A stretch of 62,974 nt of DNA, the filler included, from Licmophora abbreviata (Eukaryota): assembly GCA_900291995.1 (NCBI GenBank). It is 29 parts of 29 records of this genome, joined end to end, with 100 filler letters (N's around TTAATTAATTAA, not from the genome) between each part and the next. Parts side by side here need not be neighbours in the genome. Positions count along the whole stretch, not along the records: positions 1 to 2,647 come from OLMU01005540.1; positions 2,748 to 5,173 come from OLMU01005542.1; positions 5,274 to 6,650 come from OLMU01005543.1; positions 6,751 to 8,846 come from OLMU01005547.1; positions 8,947 to 10,885 come from OLMU01005548.1; 24 more parts are not named here. One strand, given 5' to 3'. The position numbers were made by a program, and so were the translations under genes. The first letter of the stretch is position 1. The number at the start of each line of letters is the position of its first letter. Of the stretch, positions 1 to 10,885 are shown one piece after another. Below the pieces are notes generated by a model. The model saw only the letters and a list, made by a program, of their open reading frames with translations, searched no databases and had not been told where the DNA came from.

Positions 1-1
1 A

Positions 2-1537
2 GATTGTGACGGCCATAACGCTTCCACAAAGTACCGCGCGTATGTTGCCGTGGGATCCAACATGGGCGACAGGTTTGGAAATATTGCTTCTGCACTGAGG
101 CTTTTATGTGACCCAGAATGGTGTTCCGATCAACATGTGAATGTCCGTGTCATATGCACGTCATTTCTCTATGAGACTGCGCCAATGTACGTCACGGACC
201 AGCCAGCCTTTTTGAATGGGGCCGTTTTGTTGGAGACCGATCTGGCCCCACTTGACTTATTGAAACGGATCAAGCTTGTGGAGAACGAGTTGGGGCGTGA
301 TTTTGAGACTGCTAGGAACGGACCCCGTCCCGTTGACCTGGATATTTTATTGTATGACTCATTCGACGAGGAAGGCTCATCGCCTGTGGTTATGGATACG
401 CCAGAACTAACCGTTCCACATCCTCGTATCGACGAGCGTGAGTTTGTCTTAGGGCCGCTCTGTGAGCTTGGTGTGGAATCGCGACACCATCCTACTCTGA
501 ACGTAACTCTTGGGGACTTATTTGCTGGGCTGAAACACAGCGAGACGATTGTCGAGGATGAAGACAGACCTGTTCGAGTAATACCGCTTCAGCGAGGTCG
601 TATGCTGCGTTTCAACGGGACTCTTATCATGGGTATTCTCAATGTGACTCCGGACAGTTTTAGCGACGGGGGCAGATTGCAAGGCTCTGTGGACCTGGCT
701 GTTAAGCAAGCTGTGCAGATGGTACAGGAGGGCGTGGATGTCATCGACGTTGGCGGCGAGTCGACTCGCCCCGGGGCCAAGGAAGTCGCAATTGAAGAGG
801 AGATGAATAGAACGATTGCCACCATTCGAAGAATACGAGAAGGTAGGCGTGTATGTGGACAAAGGTATTTCTACGTACCGATGCCAGATAGGTGTTTTGG
901 CTCACACGCGCAATGAATCCACGAACGCACAATTGCAGTGTCACCAGATGTCCCAATTTCTATCGATACACGACACGCGGTGGTGGCTCGAGAAGCTGTT
1001 TTAGCCGGCGCTGATATCGTGAATGACGTTTCTGGTGGAACGTTTGATCCTGACATGCTGCCTACAGTCAGCAGCTTGCAAGTCCCAGTCGTTCTTATGC
1101 ACATGCGAGGGACGCCCGAAACTATGCAGACCATGACAAAATATGAGGACGTAGTTGTTGAGGTGGCTAGCGCTTTGAACAGTCAATCTTGTGCAGCGGA
1201 GGAGCTGGGCATTTTACAGTGGCTGCACATTCTCGACCCTGGTATCGGTTTTGCCAAAGACTTGCAAGGCAATCTACGGCTGTTGAAACGGCTGGGCGAG
1301 CTCAGGACACGGATCCACAACATGCCTGTCATGCTGGGAACAAGCCGAAAAGGGTTCATTGGGAAACTTTCTGGGGCGAATTCACCAGAGGATCGAGATT
1401 ACGGTACGATAGCATCCTGTGCAGCCGCCTTGTGTCTCGGGCACAAGCAGACAGACTGTAGCATTCTTCGAGTGCACGACGTGAAGGGGGCGAAGCAGGC
1501 CTTTTCGGTCGTGGATGCCATCGTCAACGCAAAATAG
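2..1537 (+). CDS. Bifunctional HPPK-dihydropteroate synthase (folate synthesis), 5' partial; intron 843-938
   Basis: HPPK motifs AYVAVGSNMGDR, YETAP, GPRPVDLDILLY, VPHPRI; DHPS motifs MGILNVTPDSFSDGG, DVGGESTRPGA, ISIDT, DPGIGFAK, GTSRKGF, LRVHDV. A GT..AG intron at 843-938 joins the two ORF-track frames. Confidence 0.95.
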
Positions 1538-1554
1538 AGACAGATTGTGATTAC

Positions 1555-2647
1555 TCATGTCATGATGCCCTCCCCAGAACCCATGCTAACGCTTGCTGCT
1601 CTAGCATTGTCTGCGGCCACTTCGTCGCCCAAACTATCGAGTATTCGGGAGTATCTGTACCACTCTTCTGGTGAATTGGGGCGGAGAGTGACTCCTTGAC
1701 TGCACCTTGATCTTGCAATACATAACGAGTTGTAGTCACCTGCCATACAAGCGGCGTGACAAAGAGCACTGTCCAGGATCGGTCGTGTGTCGATATCCCA
1801 TCCACCAAGCGAATGACTACCTGTGTCGTCGAAAGCGGATGCCAGCATGGATGTCGCTAAAATCCAGTTCTGCTTCTGCTCGTCTTCGAAATTATCTCCC
1901 ATCTCAACAGCTCTCGATCTTTCTCGAAGCTGAATAAGTTCTCCGAATAATTTCAATCCCTGTAAACTCTCGCTTCTGCAGGATAAACTACTGGGATCGT
2001 GAAGCAGTGACAGTGCCGCAGCAGTCAAAGGAAGTGCCTCCTCCAGCGGCTCGTTAGCGCATTTAGAAGAAAGTATTTCCGCTTGCAGCATTGTTTTCCA
2101 AGCATTTCGCAAGTTATCCCAACGCTCGTCTTCCGCATTTATCGTTTCGTTCAGGGTCAGTTGAAGTAGCACCAAGGTCGCCTCAGTCAACAATCGAGGG
2201 GAAGGAGGAAGCCACGTCAGTACATCTTCAATGGAAGCCGGGGGCACGTCTTTCTGCGAAAAATGCATAGACTGTGCCTCTCTTTTGTCATCGCTGTCGT
2301 CTTTGTTCCCTTGTTCGCCAAAAATAGACTGGAAGAACGATTGAGTGTGCTGCTCCGCAGATTCGAACATTCGATCGCTGATCGCCCTCGGGACCTGCAG
2401 CTGTGGCCGCTGCCATGGATCATTTCGCGCGTACCCACTGTACAAGAGGGCACGATCAAAACATGTGTCGTATTGGCGGAGAGCGATTCTGCCTTCCCCC
2501 ACCCCCTCTCGGTCTATGGAAAAGCGTGCACTATAACCACCCAGTCGAGCATCGAAAAAGAGAAACCCACAGCCCTCGTAGCGACGAGCCCCGTCCCCCA
2601 TCAATGCTGAAATACCCTCGGCAATTCGACCCTCCGCATCGTACACC
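1555..2647 (-). CDS. Hypothetical protein, 3' part; possible TPR-like helical C-terminus
   Basis: 363-aa open frame running into the spacer. C-terminal LRPNSPEEWYRYSRILDSLGDEVAADNARAA resembles a TPR. Confidence 0.55.
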
Positions 2648-2747
2648 NNNNNNNNNNNNNNNNNNNNNNNNNNNNNNNNNNNNNNNNNNNNTTAATTAAT
2701 TAANNNNNNNNNNNNNNNNNNNNNNNNNNNNNNNNNNNNNNNNNNNN
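2648..2747. other. Artificial contig spacer N44-TTAATTAATTAA-N44 (first of 28)
   Basis: Identical 100-bp unit with stops in all six frames. Cores at about 2692, 5218, 6695, 8891, 10930, 12362, 13964, 16834, 18683, 19937, 22927, 24442, 27043, 28495, 31936, 35888, 37846, 40849, 43054, 45240, 48044, 51537, 53151, 54273, 56593, 57719, 59576, 61321. Confidence 0.98.
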
Positions 2748-5173
2748 AACGTTTTGATGACATTTTCGATTCGACGCGCTACGCCAAGGCCCTCGAAACC
2801 ATTCGCAAGAGCAAGAAGGAGTACGGTGACAAGGCGAAGGATCTCAAGGCTGACTTGGAGGGACTCAAGGCGCACAAGCACGCGGCGCTGGGATTTCGCA
2901 AGGAGATGACCGACTTCAAAGAGCAGCTTGAGGAGCTCGAAGAAGACAAGCTCCAATGTCTCGACGAGGTTAGGAGCGCCGAGGCGGAAATGGAACGGAC
3001 GAAGAAGATCGCGGATCAGGTCGAGAATCTCAAAACCGATATCGAAGATGAAGAGTCCACCCTTGACAAGGAAGAGTCTGTCCTGGCGAAGCAACGTCAA
3101 ATGCTGGAAAACGACCTGACAAAAAAGCATACATTGCGAGAGCTCAAGACCATGCTTCGAGATTTTAGTTCCTCTCGTCAGCAGCAGCTGGATCAGAAGG
3201 ACACTCTCGAGGGCGACTGTGACAATTTGCGCAACGACATGGAGAGCATTCGTCAGGACGAAATGTCATTGCGCTCGCACATGGGCAAGTTTGAAGCCGA
3301 GAAGGAGTCTTACGATAGTCTTCTCAAGACGCGCTTGGAGAAGATGGAAGAGATCGCCAACCGGTACAGCATGGATCTTTCCGTGAGTCAGACGCAGACC
3401 ACTGCGTGGGCAGGGACCCAGGGTACGGTGGGGAGCGACATTGGCGGGACGCAGGACAGCGCAGCGACGGTCACTGTTTCACAAGAGGATATGGACGCTT
3501 TCTACCGTGCTCTGGAACTCAGGGAGAATGAGTTCAAAGAAAGTCTTGCTCGGCACCATCGTCAGAGTCAGGAGCAAGAGGATGAGCTACAAAAGGAACT
3601 GAATGAACTCATTGCATCGAAAAATGCGCTGCAGAATGGTGAGTTGTTGGATGTGAACCCATCTTGATGGTGAGTAAGAGCTTCTCATTCTTTCACTTCT
3701 TTTTGTGCTCTAGATAAGGAGAGGATCTCCAACCGAAGAGAAGCCTTACGCGAGGAGCTCAACAAACTTGGCTCGCAGGTCACGTTGCAGCGCCGGCCAC
3801 TGAAGAGGGTGGAAGTAAGTGTTTAGATATCATTAGACTCCGCGCTGTCGCGGATGGAGTTGGGCTGATCCTGTTTCTCCCCCTTCGTACGAATTTAGGT
3901 CGACACTGCCAAACAGCAGGCGGCAGACTTCGGTACGTTGCGTCGTATGCCTGAGATGCGTATGAGGTCATTGAGTTGTGAAAATATCTCAAGAGTTCTT
4001 TTTATCTTCTTATTTACCACGTAGCCAAGGAGCTTGAAAAGGTCACTCGAGAGCATGAGTTGCAGGATACTGCCACTAAAGTTCGCAGCGTCGAGCTGAA
4101 AATGGACGCCCTGAAACGCGAGATTGAAGACTATCAGGACGCTGTGAAATCACTGCGCGAGAGAAGCGACCAGCAGAATGAAATCAAGGTTCTCAGGGAT
4201 ACTGCCGAAAGAGAGCTCGATACGTTGCGCGACTTCCTTGAGGAACATTCTTCAACGTTCCAGCGTTTCAACATCCATGTCCCGAATCCTCTCCCGGGCA
4301 ATGACGACGACGAAGAAGGGGGCCAACTTGAGACTGCAGTGAGGGCCATGAGCGATGCCATTTTGGACAAGTTTGAAACTGCCAATCATGAATGGGAGAA
4401 AGCAAAAGAAGAAACGGAAAGCAAGCAGCACATCGTTGCAGAGAAGTCAGCGTTGCTGTCCCACAGTCGTTCGACCTTTGCTTCGCTTCGTCACAAGTTG
4501 GAAGGACTCTCCGCTGAAGGTGGTAGCGTGGAACGTTTTGAAAGGCTTGTCAAATCTATCAGAAAATTCGAAGTTGGGGCCGGTATCATGTCGAACATGG
4601 ACGCCAAGGATCCTCATGAAGTCATGAGCTATCTCACGTCCAGAATTGAGGCCGTGGATGCTTCATCTGCCGATACGGTGCCCCCTCACATGGTGGCGAA
4701 AGTCATCGATCAGCTCACTGACCTTGCAAACCAAAGAGATTCAAGCGGGAATGTCACAGAGCAGATTTGTCCCTGCTGCCGAAGAGGGATCGAACTCGTG
4801 GAGGACGCACGAAAGTTTAAGGCATCGATGAACGAACTAAAGAGTGAGAAGTCAGTTCTCGTCGAGACAGACAGAGAGAAGGCTCAGAAGGACGAGTTGG
4901 CAAAGTCGAATTACCAGCGTTGGAGAAAGGATGTCTCAGAATGTATCAGTGACGTTCTAGACTTTGCCCGGATGGAAAAAGAGGCGAAGGAGATCGAGAT
5001 CACTATTGGCGTCGCTGAAAAGGAGCTCGCTTTGGCAGAACAGGAGCTTCAGGAAGTGGTCTCCAATGGCGCGGAATTGCAGAAAGAAGCCGACGAGCTC
5101 CGCGGGATCACTGTCGTCTCCACAAGATGTGCAGAGCAGTCATCTAGAATTTCTGAGACCAAGACTCGCATTC
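2748..5173 (+). CDS. RAD50: DNA repair protein RAD50, central coiled coil with zinc hook (fragment; introns in about 3640-4023)
   Basis: RFDDIFDSTRYAKALETIRK at the fragment start, a long coiled coil, and the zinc-hook CPCC motif near 4768. Confidence 0.9.
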
Positions 5174-5273
5174 NNNNNNNNNNNNNNNNNNNNNNNNNNN
5201 NNNNNNNNNNNNNNNNNTTAATTAATTAANNNNNNNNNNNNNNNNNNNNNNNNNNNNNNNNNNNNNNNNNNNN

Positions 5274-6650
5274 CTTCACTGCGTTCGTCAAGGATTTGCG
5301 GGAACTGTCCAAGAGAATCCTCGACTACGATTCTTCTAACAAACCAGAAGACCTGAATCGCCTTCAAGAGGATATAGTTGCATTGGGTGGGAAAATGGAA
5401 AAGAAGAATGCACAGCTCAGTAGGTTGGAGCCGGAGCTCCATCGTCTTACGAAAGTTATCGAGGATCAAGAGAGAGAGAAAAAGAACATTGAGTCCAATA
5501 TTGATCTCATCAATGCTGGCCACCGTGTGCAAGAAATCGAGAAAAGGATCGAGGCTCTCAAGGAAGATTTGGGTCAGGTCGAAGGGCATGAGGCTTGCAT
5601 TGATGACTACAACGAGGCAAAAACAAGGAAGAGCGAGTATTCGTCGAATCTAGCTCGTCACGAGGGACGAACGATGGGACTCGTCGAGCAGATCCGATCA
5701 CTCCAGGTACGTTCTCAATTCCACGCGCAACAGCTGCCGCGCGGATGTTTCTCTAATATGGCGTCTGAATCGGATCTCCTCCGGTAGCGCAAGCTGGGAA
5801 CTGAAGAATACAAAGACATCGACAATCGGCATCGAATTGGGATGATCAGGCACAAGACGACTGAGCTTGCAGTAAAGGACATCCAGAAGTATTATGATGC
5901 CTTGGACAGGGCCCTGCTTCGATACCACAGCATCAAGATTGGTAATTTGGACATGGAATTTGTTGGCTTGGAGCTGACACGGAAGCACCTCTCATGTATC
6001 TACTTTTTTTCGTTTGGTTTTTCAGGCGAGATCAACAAAATCATCCGTGAGCTCTGGACTCTGACGTACAAAGGGCTCGACATCACCAACATCGAGATCG
6101 TTTCTGGTCGTCAAGACGGCGCCTCTGGAGCCATCACGAAAAAGCGGTCGTACGATTACAGGGTTGTGATGACCAAGGGAGGGCAGATGCTCGACATGCG
6201 CGGTAGATGCAGCGCAGGCCAGCGTGTTCTTGCGAGTATTGTCATTCGTCTGGCTCTTGCGGAGACGTTTTGTGTCCAGTGTGGCTGTATGGCGCTTGAT
6301 GAACCAACCGTGAATCTCGACTGGCGGTGAGACATGCACAGAATTTGCTTGCATTTCGTGGCTGTTGCTTCGCTCCTCTTCTTATGTCGTTTCTTTTCCT
6401 GATTTCAGCAACAAGAAGGGACTTGCTATTGCGTTGGCTCAGATCATCGCCTCGCGCGCTCAACAGTCAAACTTCCAGCTCATCGTCATCACTCACGACG
6501 AAGACTTTGTGGCAATGATGAAAAGCGAGCTCACACAACAAGCGACGGGTTTCGACATGCCTGATAAATATTTTCAGGTTCGCAGAGAGGAGGGAGCAGA
6601 CAATAAGTTCTACTCGAAGATCGAAGCGGTTGATTGGGATGAACTAGTCT
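5274..6650 (+). CDS. RAD50: RAD50 C-terminal ABC-ATPase half (multi-exon fragment)
   Basis: [16 protein letters not shown], signature [25 protein letters not shown], Walker [26 protein letters not shown] introns near 5707-5787, 5942-6026, 6328-6408. Confidence 0.95.
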
Positions 6651-6750
6651 NNNNNNNNNNNNNNNNNNNNNNNNNNNNNNNNNNNNNNNNNNNNTTAATT
6701 AATTAANNNNNNNNNNNNNNNNNNNNNNNNNNNNNNNNNNNNNNNNNNNN

Positions 6751-7036
6751 CTAAAGAGGCCGTCCTCGCCTCCCAATGAGGCGACGTCCATGGTAACAGA
6801 AAGTGGACCGTTCTGGTGGTTGCCAGGCCCAGCCATGCACCGACATCCCGAAAGATACGCGAACACAGGAGCGGAAGCGAAGCCATGATTGCCGGGATCA
6901 AGTTCTCCACGTAAAACTCGTAAACAGAGTCAGCCGTCACATTGACGGGATCTCTCCGGTCTCTTTTCTCGTTTGCTTTCATTCTCGAGGACGTTGTGTC
7001 TCCAGAAGACGCAGTTCGTTGCTTGGATTTACCCAT
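6751..7036 (-). CDS. Hypothetical (possibly membrane) protein, 5' fragment
   Basis: ATG at 7036 (MGKSKQRT...) is open to the spacer; hydrophobic stretch LIPAIMASLPLL. Confidence 0.45.
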
Positions 7037-7042
7037 GGTGGC

Positions 7043-7139
7043 AGTGGGTGTGAGTGTGAGTGTGAGTGTGAGTGTGGGAATGAATGATGGCTCGAATCGT
7101 ATCATAGCGAACAGCTGTGCTCACAGCTGTGCTCACAGG
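7043..7139. repeat. (GTGTGA)n microsatellite plus a 12-bp tandem ACAGCTGTGCTC x2
   Basis: Directly visible: gtgggtgtgagtgtgagtgtgagtgtgagtgtggg and acagctgtgctcacagctgtgctcacagg. Confidence 0.85.
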
Positions 7140-7232
7140 CCCGCTCGCGCGTTCACTCAATGACGCGCGTTCCTTACACGGCTGACAAGCAGACACTTAT
7201 GGTTTTCGCTGGCGTCACAACGACTTTTGAAG

Positions 7233-7249
7233 TTTGGGCGCGCCAAAAA
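7233..7249 (-). promoter_or_regulatory. E2F-like site (TTTGGCGC) in a near-palindrome TTTGGGCGCGCCAAAAA
   Basis: Match to the TTTSSCGC consensus on the minus strand (7240-7247), lying between two divergently oriented ORFs. Confidence 0.35.
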
Positions 7250-7400
7250 TTTCGTTAGATTTTCACAGGTTTTCATCGTCGCATCTTGCTTCGTTCGTGA
7301 TGCGGCACCACGGCACATCTCACTCATTGATTGCTTGACTGCAAAAAATGAAAGGCAAAGATTCGTCTCCTTACTTCATTATCCCTCTTGCTTCAGAAGG

Positions 7401-7991
7401 ATGCACCCTTGTCCAGTCCATCCTCGTTCCAACACGGAAACCAAGAACTCTTTTCTCAGTGTCATTTCCGTTCTGCCCAACTCCAAGAGCAGAAGCAGTT
7501 CCTATGAACAAGCCGTCCAGCGTCTCTTGGGTCCGAATCACAACGAGACCGTCGTTTCTGCCATGGAACAGCTTATTTGTGATACTCTTATTATCATGCA
7601 GTTTTGTCGCCGCCTGACCATCGAAGAGGCCGACGTTCGCCAGGCTGCGGACTGTCTAGGATACCAGGTGCCGGAGTCTATTGGTGACATTGCTCTTACT
7701 CACGACACTACTGTCTTTCGGACATTCTTCGTTGAGTGTATCATTGAGCGCTGCAACACTCAGATCCCCATTGACCACGAGCCCCTGATGGCTCTCCAAG
7801 TCATTCTAGAATCTCTCGAAACTGGAACGGTCACGACCACTCCAATGAAACACGGACGAGCCTTTCACCTCGAGTCCCCGACAGGAGTCACGGCTGCTGT
7901 ATTTGCTCGCGACTGGGAAACCTTCCTGGAGGAAGTTGGAAGCGATGAGGAGGACCAGACTGATGAGAGCAGGGTGACTGATCATGCGTGA
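7401..7991 (+). CDS. Divergent histone-fold protein with an H4-like then an H3-like segment (start uncertain)
   Basis: MEQLICDTLIIMQFCRRLTIEEADVRQAADCLGY resembles H4 alpha2-L2-alpha3. VFRTFFVECIIERCNTQIPIDHEPLMALQVILESL resembles H3 alpha1-L1-alpha2. Acidic C-terminal tail. Confidence 0.55.
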   Translation: MHPCPVHPRSNTETKNSFLSVISVLPNSKSRSSSYEQAVQRLLGPNHNETVVSAMEQLICDTLIIMQFCRRLTIEEADVRQAADCLGYQVPESIGDIALTHDTTVFRTFFVECIIERCNTQIPIDHEPLMALQVILESLETGTVTTTPMKHGRAFHLESPTGVTAAVFARDWETFLEEVGSDEEDQTDESRVTDHA

Positions 7992-8227
7992 CTGAATGTG
8001 CGATTCAGTCATGCGGGACTCATGACAAGAAAGTTTGGTTCGAAAAGTTGAAGGTGTCATCGCGATGCGAAGCCTGATGTTGTCCAAGATGACTAACCTA
8101 CTACTCCGTAGGAGCTAGGAGTTCTCGTCGCGGTGGCCACCCCCCACAACGACTGATCAGAAACAACAACAGTGGGCGCAATAAGGCAAGATCACTATCA
8201 AGAAGAAACGGAAAACAACAGGCAAGC

Positions 8228-8846
8228 ATGGCAGCTGAGAAAGCAGCTGCAAAGTTGCTTTCGGCCTCCGTCAACGGACGAGTGGTGGACGTTCCGAGTG
8301 GTGCCACCCTTTTGGACGCCATTAAAGCTGCTGGAGCTCGTGTCCCCACGCTTTGTTACCATCCAGCCTTCAAGGCGAGTGCTACTTGCCGAATGTGTCT
8401 TGTAGAGGTGGAGAATACTCAGCAAAGAGGAAGCCGGCGATCCGGAGGAGAAACCCACCTATCAGCCGCCTGCCACACTCCAGTCGAGCATGGGATGGTG
8501 GTGACTACAGATACAACGGAGCTCCAAAAGTTCCGAAAGCGAGATTTACAGCTTCTCCTTGCGAGACACCCCAACGAGTGCATGCGATGTGAAGCGTCTG
8601 GAAACTGCAAGTTGCAGGACTTAGTTCAGGAATTCCAGGTAGAAGAGCTGTGGCCCAAGTCCAGTCGTGGATCTCCCGAGCATCCGGAGCATCTTCTGCA
8701 CGACCATACTAGTCCTGCGATTTCTCGCGACATGGACAAATGCATCGAGTGTGGGCTGTGCGTCAAGGCCTGCGAGGATCAGCAGATCGGAGCAATTGGC
8801 TTCGCCGAGAGGGGATACGGCCAGCTTCCCATCACCGCCTTTGATA
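8228..8846 (+). CDS. hydA: [FeFe]-hydrogenase N-terminal FeS domains ([2Fe-2S], His-Cys3 [4Fe-4S], first 2x[4Fe-4S] ferredoxin motif); truncated by spacer
   Basis: VPTLCYHP..CRMCLVEV..AACHTP; HPNECMRCEASGNCKLQ; RDMDKCIECGLCVKAC..IGFAERG. An in-frame TGA at 8090 with no ATG before 8228 makes 8228 the start, barring an upstream exon. Confidence 0.88.
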
Positions 8847-8946
8847 NNNNNNNNNNNNNNNNNNNNNNNNNNNNNNNNNNNNNNNNNNNNTTAATTAATT
8901 AANNNNNNNNNNNNNNNNNNNNNNNNNNNNNNNNNNNNNNNNNNNN

Positions 8947-9939
8947 GAGCCACACGTGGTATCGATCATGCCCTGCACCGCCAAAAAGGAAGAGGCCGTC
9001 AGGCCTGGACAGCGAGGAGACATTGATGCTGTGTTGACCACACGTGAGCTCGCCAAGATGATCAAACATAGAGGTATTCCATTCGCCTCGCTTCCTGACG
9101 ACGGAGAGTTCGATAGTCCTCTCGGAGAGTCCACCGGCGCCGCGGCTCTCTTCGGTGCTAGTGGTGGAGTGCTCGAGGCGGCGCTGCGGACCGCAGCTGA
9201 TGCTCTAGGAATCAAAGATGCTCCGATAGATTGGCACGCTGTCAGAGGAGTAGACCGCCGAGTAAAGGTCGCCACTGTTCCTGGCGTGGGGTCTGTCGCA
9301 GCCTGTAACTCTATTGGTGCCGCGATCGATCTGTTGAGTAATGAATCTTGGAAAGACGATTACGTCATGATCGAAGTAATGTCATGTAAGGGTGGATGCC
9401 TGGGAGGGGGAGGTGAGCCAAAGAGCGATGATCCAGATATTCTGGAAAAGCGCGCGGACGGGATCTATTCCATCGACGAGAAGGCAACAGTACGAAAGAG
9501 TCATCAGAACAAGGAAGTCCTTAAGCTATACGACGACTTCCTCGGTCATCCTCTTTCCGAGCAGTCCGAAAAATATCTTCATGCCACGTACGCACAGAGA
9601 CGCTCTCCTCGCGAGAAGCTAATGCGTTTCCTAGATGCCGTCGACCACCGGGACGGCATGGTGGCTTCGAGTCTGTTCGCAGAATGTGGTGAGTGGCGTA
9701 CAAGTCCAGATACAGAAGCCATCCAAGGAAGAGAAGCCATAAGCACATTCATTAGCACCATCCTTCCTCCTCTTCCAAAACTGAAGCCTGGAGTGGATCG
9801 TCCTCGTCATAAGATGGTAAATCATGCAGAAGGCACAGACGTGAGGACGCCCATGGGCGATACAGTACATTTCGACATTGATATCGATTCTGAAACAGGT
9901 CTCATTGCAGCCTTGACCCGTATACCGTTGGAGAGCTAA
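8947..9939 (+). CDS. hydA: [FeFe]-hydrogenase H-domain C-terminal part, small-subunit segment and C-terminal SnoaL/NTF2-like extension
   Basis: L2 motif SIMPCTAKKEE, VLTTRELA, FDSPLGESTGAAALFGASGGVLEAALRTA, L3 motif EVMSCKGGCLGGGGEP, small-subunit RKSHQN..LYDDFLGHPLSEQSEKYLHATY, then about 110 extra residues. Confidence 0.93.
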   Translation, partial: EPHVVSIMPCTAKKEEAVRPGQRGDIDAVLTTRELAKMIKHRGIPFASLPDDGEFDSPLGESTGAAALFGASGGVLEAALRTAADALGIKDAPIDWHAVRGVDRRVKVATVPGVGSVAACNSIGAAIDLLSNESWKDDYVMIEVMSCKGGCLGGGGEPKSDDPDILEKRADGIYSIDEKATVRKSHQNKEVLKLYDDFLGHPLSEQSEKYLHATYAQRRSPREKLMRFLDAVDHRDGMVASSLFAECGEWRTSPDTEAIQGREAISTFISTILPPLPKLKPGVDRPRHKMVNHAEGTDVRTPMGDTVHFDIDIDSETGLIAALTRIPLES

Positions 9940-10548
9940 GATTGCAGAAATGTTCAGTCTCCGGTGGAAATATTACAAGCCAGTCAGTTCGCAACATGTT
10001 GCTCCTCTCTAGCTAGAGTTGGGGCCCTCCTTTCAGCATCTACCTACGAGTAGTATTCAAATTTATCCTTCCACTCTTGTTGTCATTCTACAAGCCCACC
10101 AAATATCCGGCCTCTTTTGTTGAAGCTCCATTTCAGTCTCAGAAGAGAATTCAAACGGTCCGGCAGGTCGACACTCAACAGATTTAGACTCTTAGCTTCC
10201 TGAAAGACCGGAAGATCGCCACCAGAGGAAGCGTCTGTGGAAAACTGCTCTTTATTGTGAGATTTCTTCAATGGCGACGCGGAATCGCCACAGCCAACAA
10301 GGTGCATTATCCTGACGCACACGCAAGCTAGCCCACTGGTTGTTTCCTGGCTGATTCCTCACAAACACTTCCAAGTATTGTACGTGCGCGATTCATTCAC
10401 TGCAAGCGGAAAAGGAAGGAAGATGAGCCCCCGCGACCTCGAAGCCCTTTGATCTCCATACAGTAGAGGTAAGTCTGTTTATTAACTTGTTCCATAGTTT
10501 CTCTGTAAACATCTATTCCTATTACCAGTACCAACACTTTCAATATAG

Positions 10549-10885
10549 CTAAAGACGGGCAGCAGTGCCCGTGTAAACACCAGCACCGCCAACGATGAGG
10601 CGCCTCAAATGCTCCTTGTAGCCTGGACCTGGTTCGGTCTGGTTGAGTGGATCGCGTCGCGCGGCCTCCATAATTGCCGGATAGACATCACCGTCAGACT
10701 TTCCAAGTGCACTTTTAAGCATAAAGTCTGAAAAGTCACGGGCATCCACTAGCGCAACCGCATTGGGACGAATCGCGTCCAGCATTGTGAGCACATTTGA
10801 CCTCACCCACGTTGCCTGCTTGGCGGACAAGTAGCCGTCCTCCAAGAAGTCGCCCATGTCCTCTTCGAGCCAGTATAGACCAAAG
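10549..10885 (-). CDS. ACOX: Peroxisomal acyl-CoA oxidase, C-terminal fragment
   Basis: IRPNAVALVDARDFSD..LKSALGKSDGDVY..ARRDPLN; C-terminal ARL is a PTS1-type signal. Confidence 0.9.

Noticed and set aside
843..938. Frameshift or pseudogene in HPPK-DHPS, and similar breaks in RAD50, ABCG and CSE1
   Set aside because: Explained by canonical GT-AG introns that restore the frame where I traced them.
8228..8846. Complex I 75-kDa subunit (NuoG) or formate dehydrogenase N-terminus
   Set aside because: The FeS module is homologous, but there is no mitochondrial presequence, the motifs are hydrogenase-style, and an H-domain follows on the next fragment in the same orientation.
8947..9600. Nar1/NARF cytosolic FeS assembly protein
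   Set aside because: L2 is MPCTAKKEE rather than the MPC(Y/F)DKKLE type, the TGA..FG.SGGV.EAA.RT motif is present, there is a large F-domain, and there is no terminal Trp.
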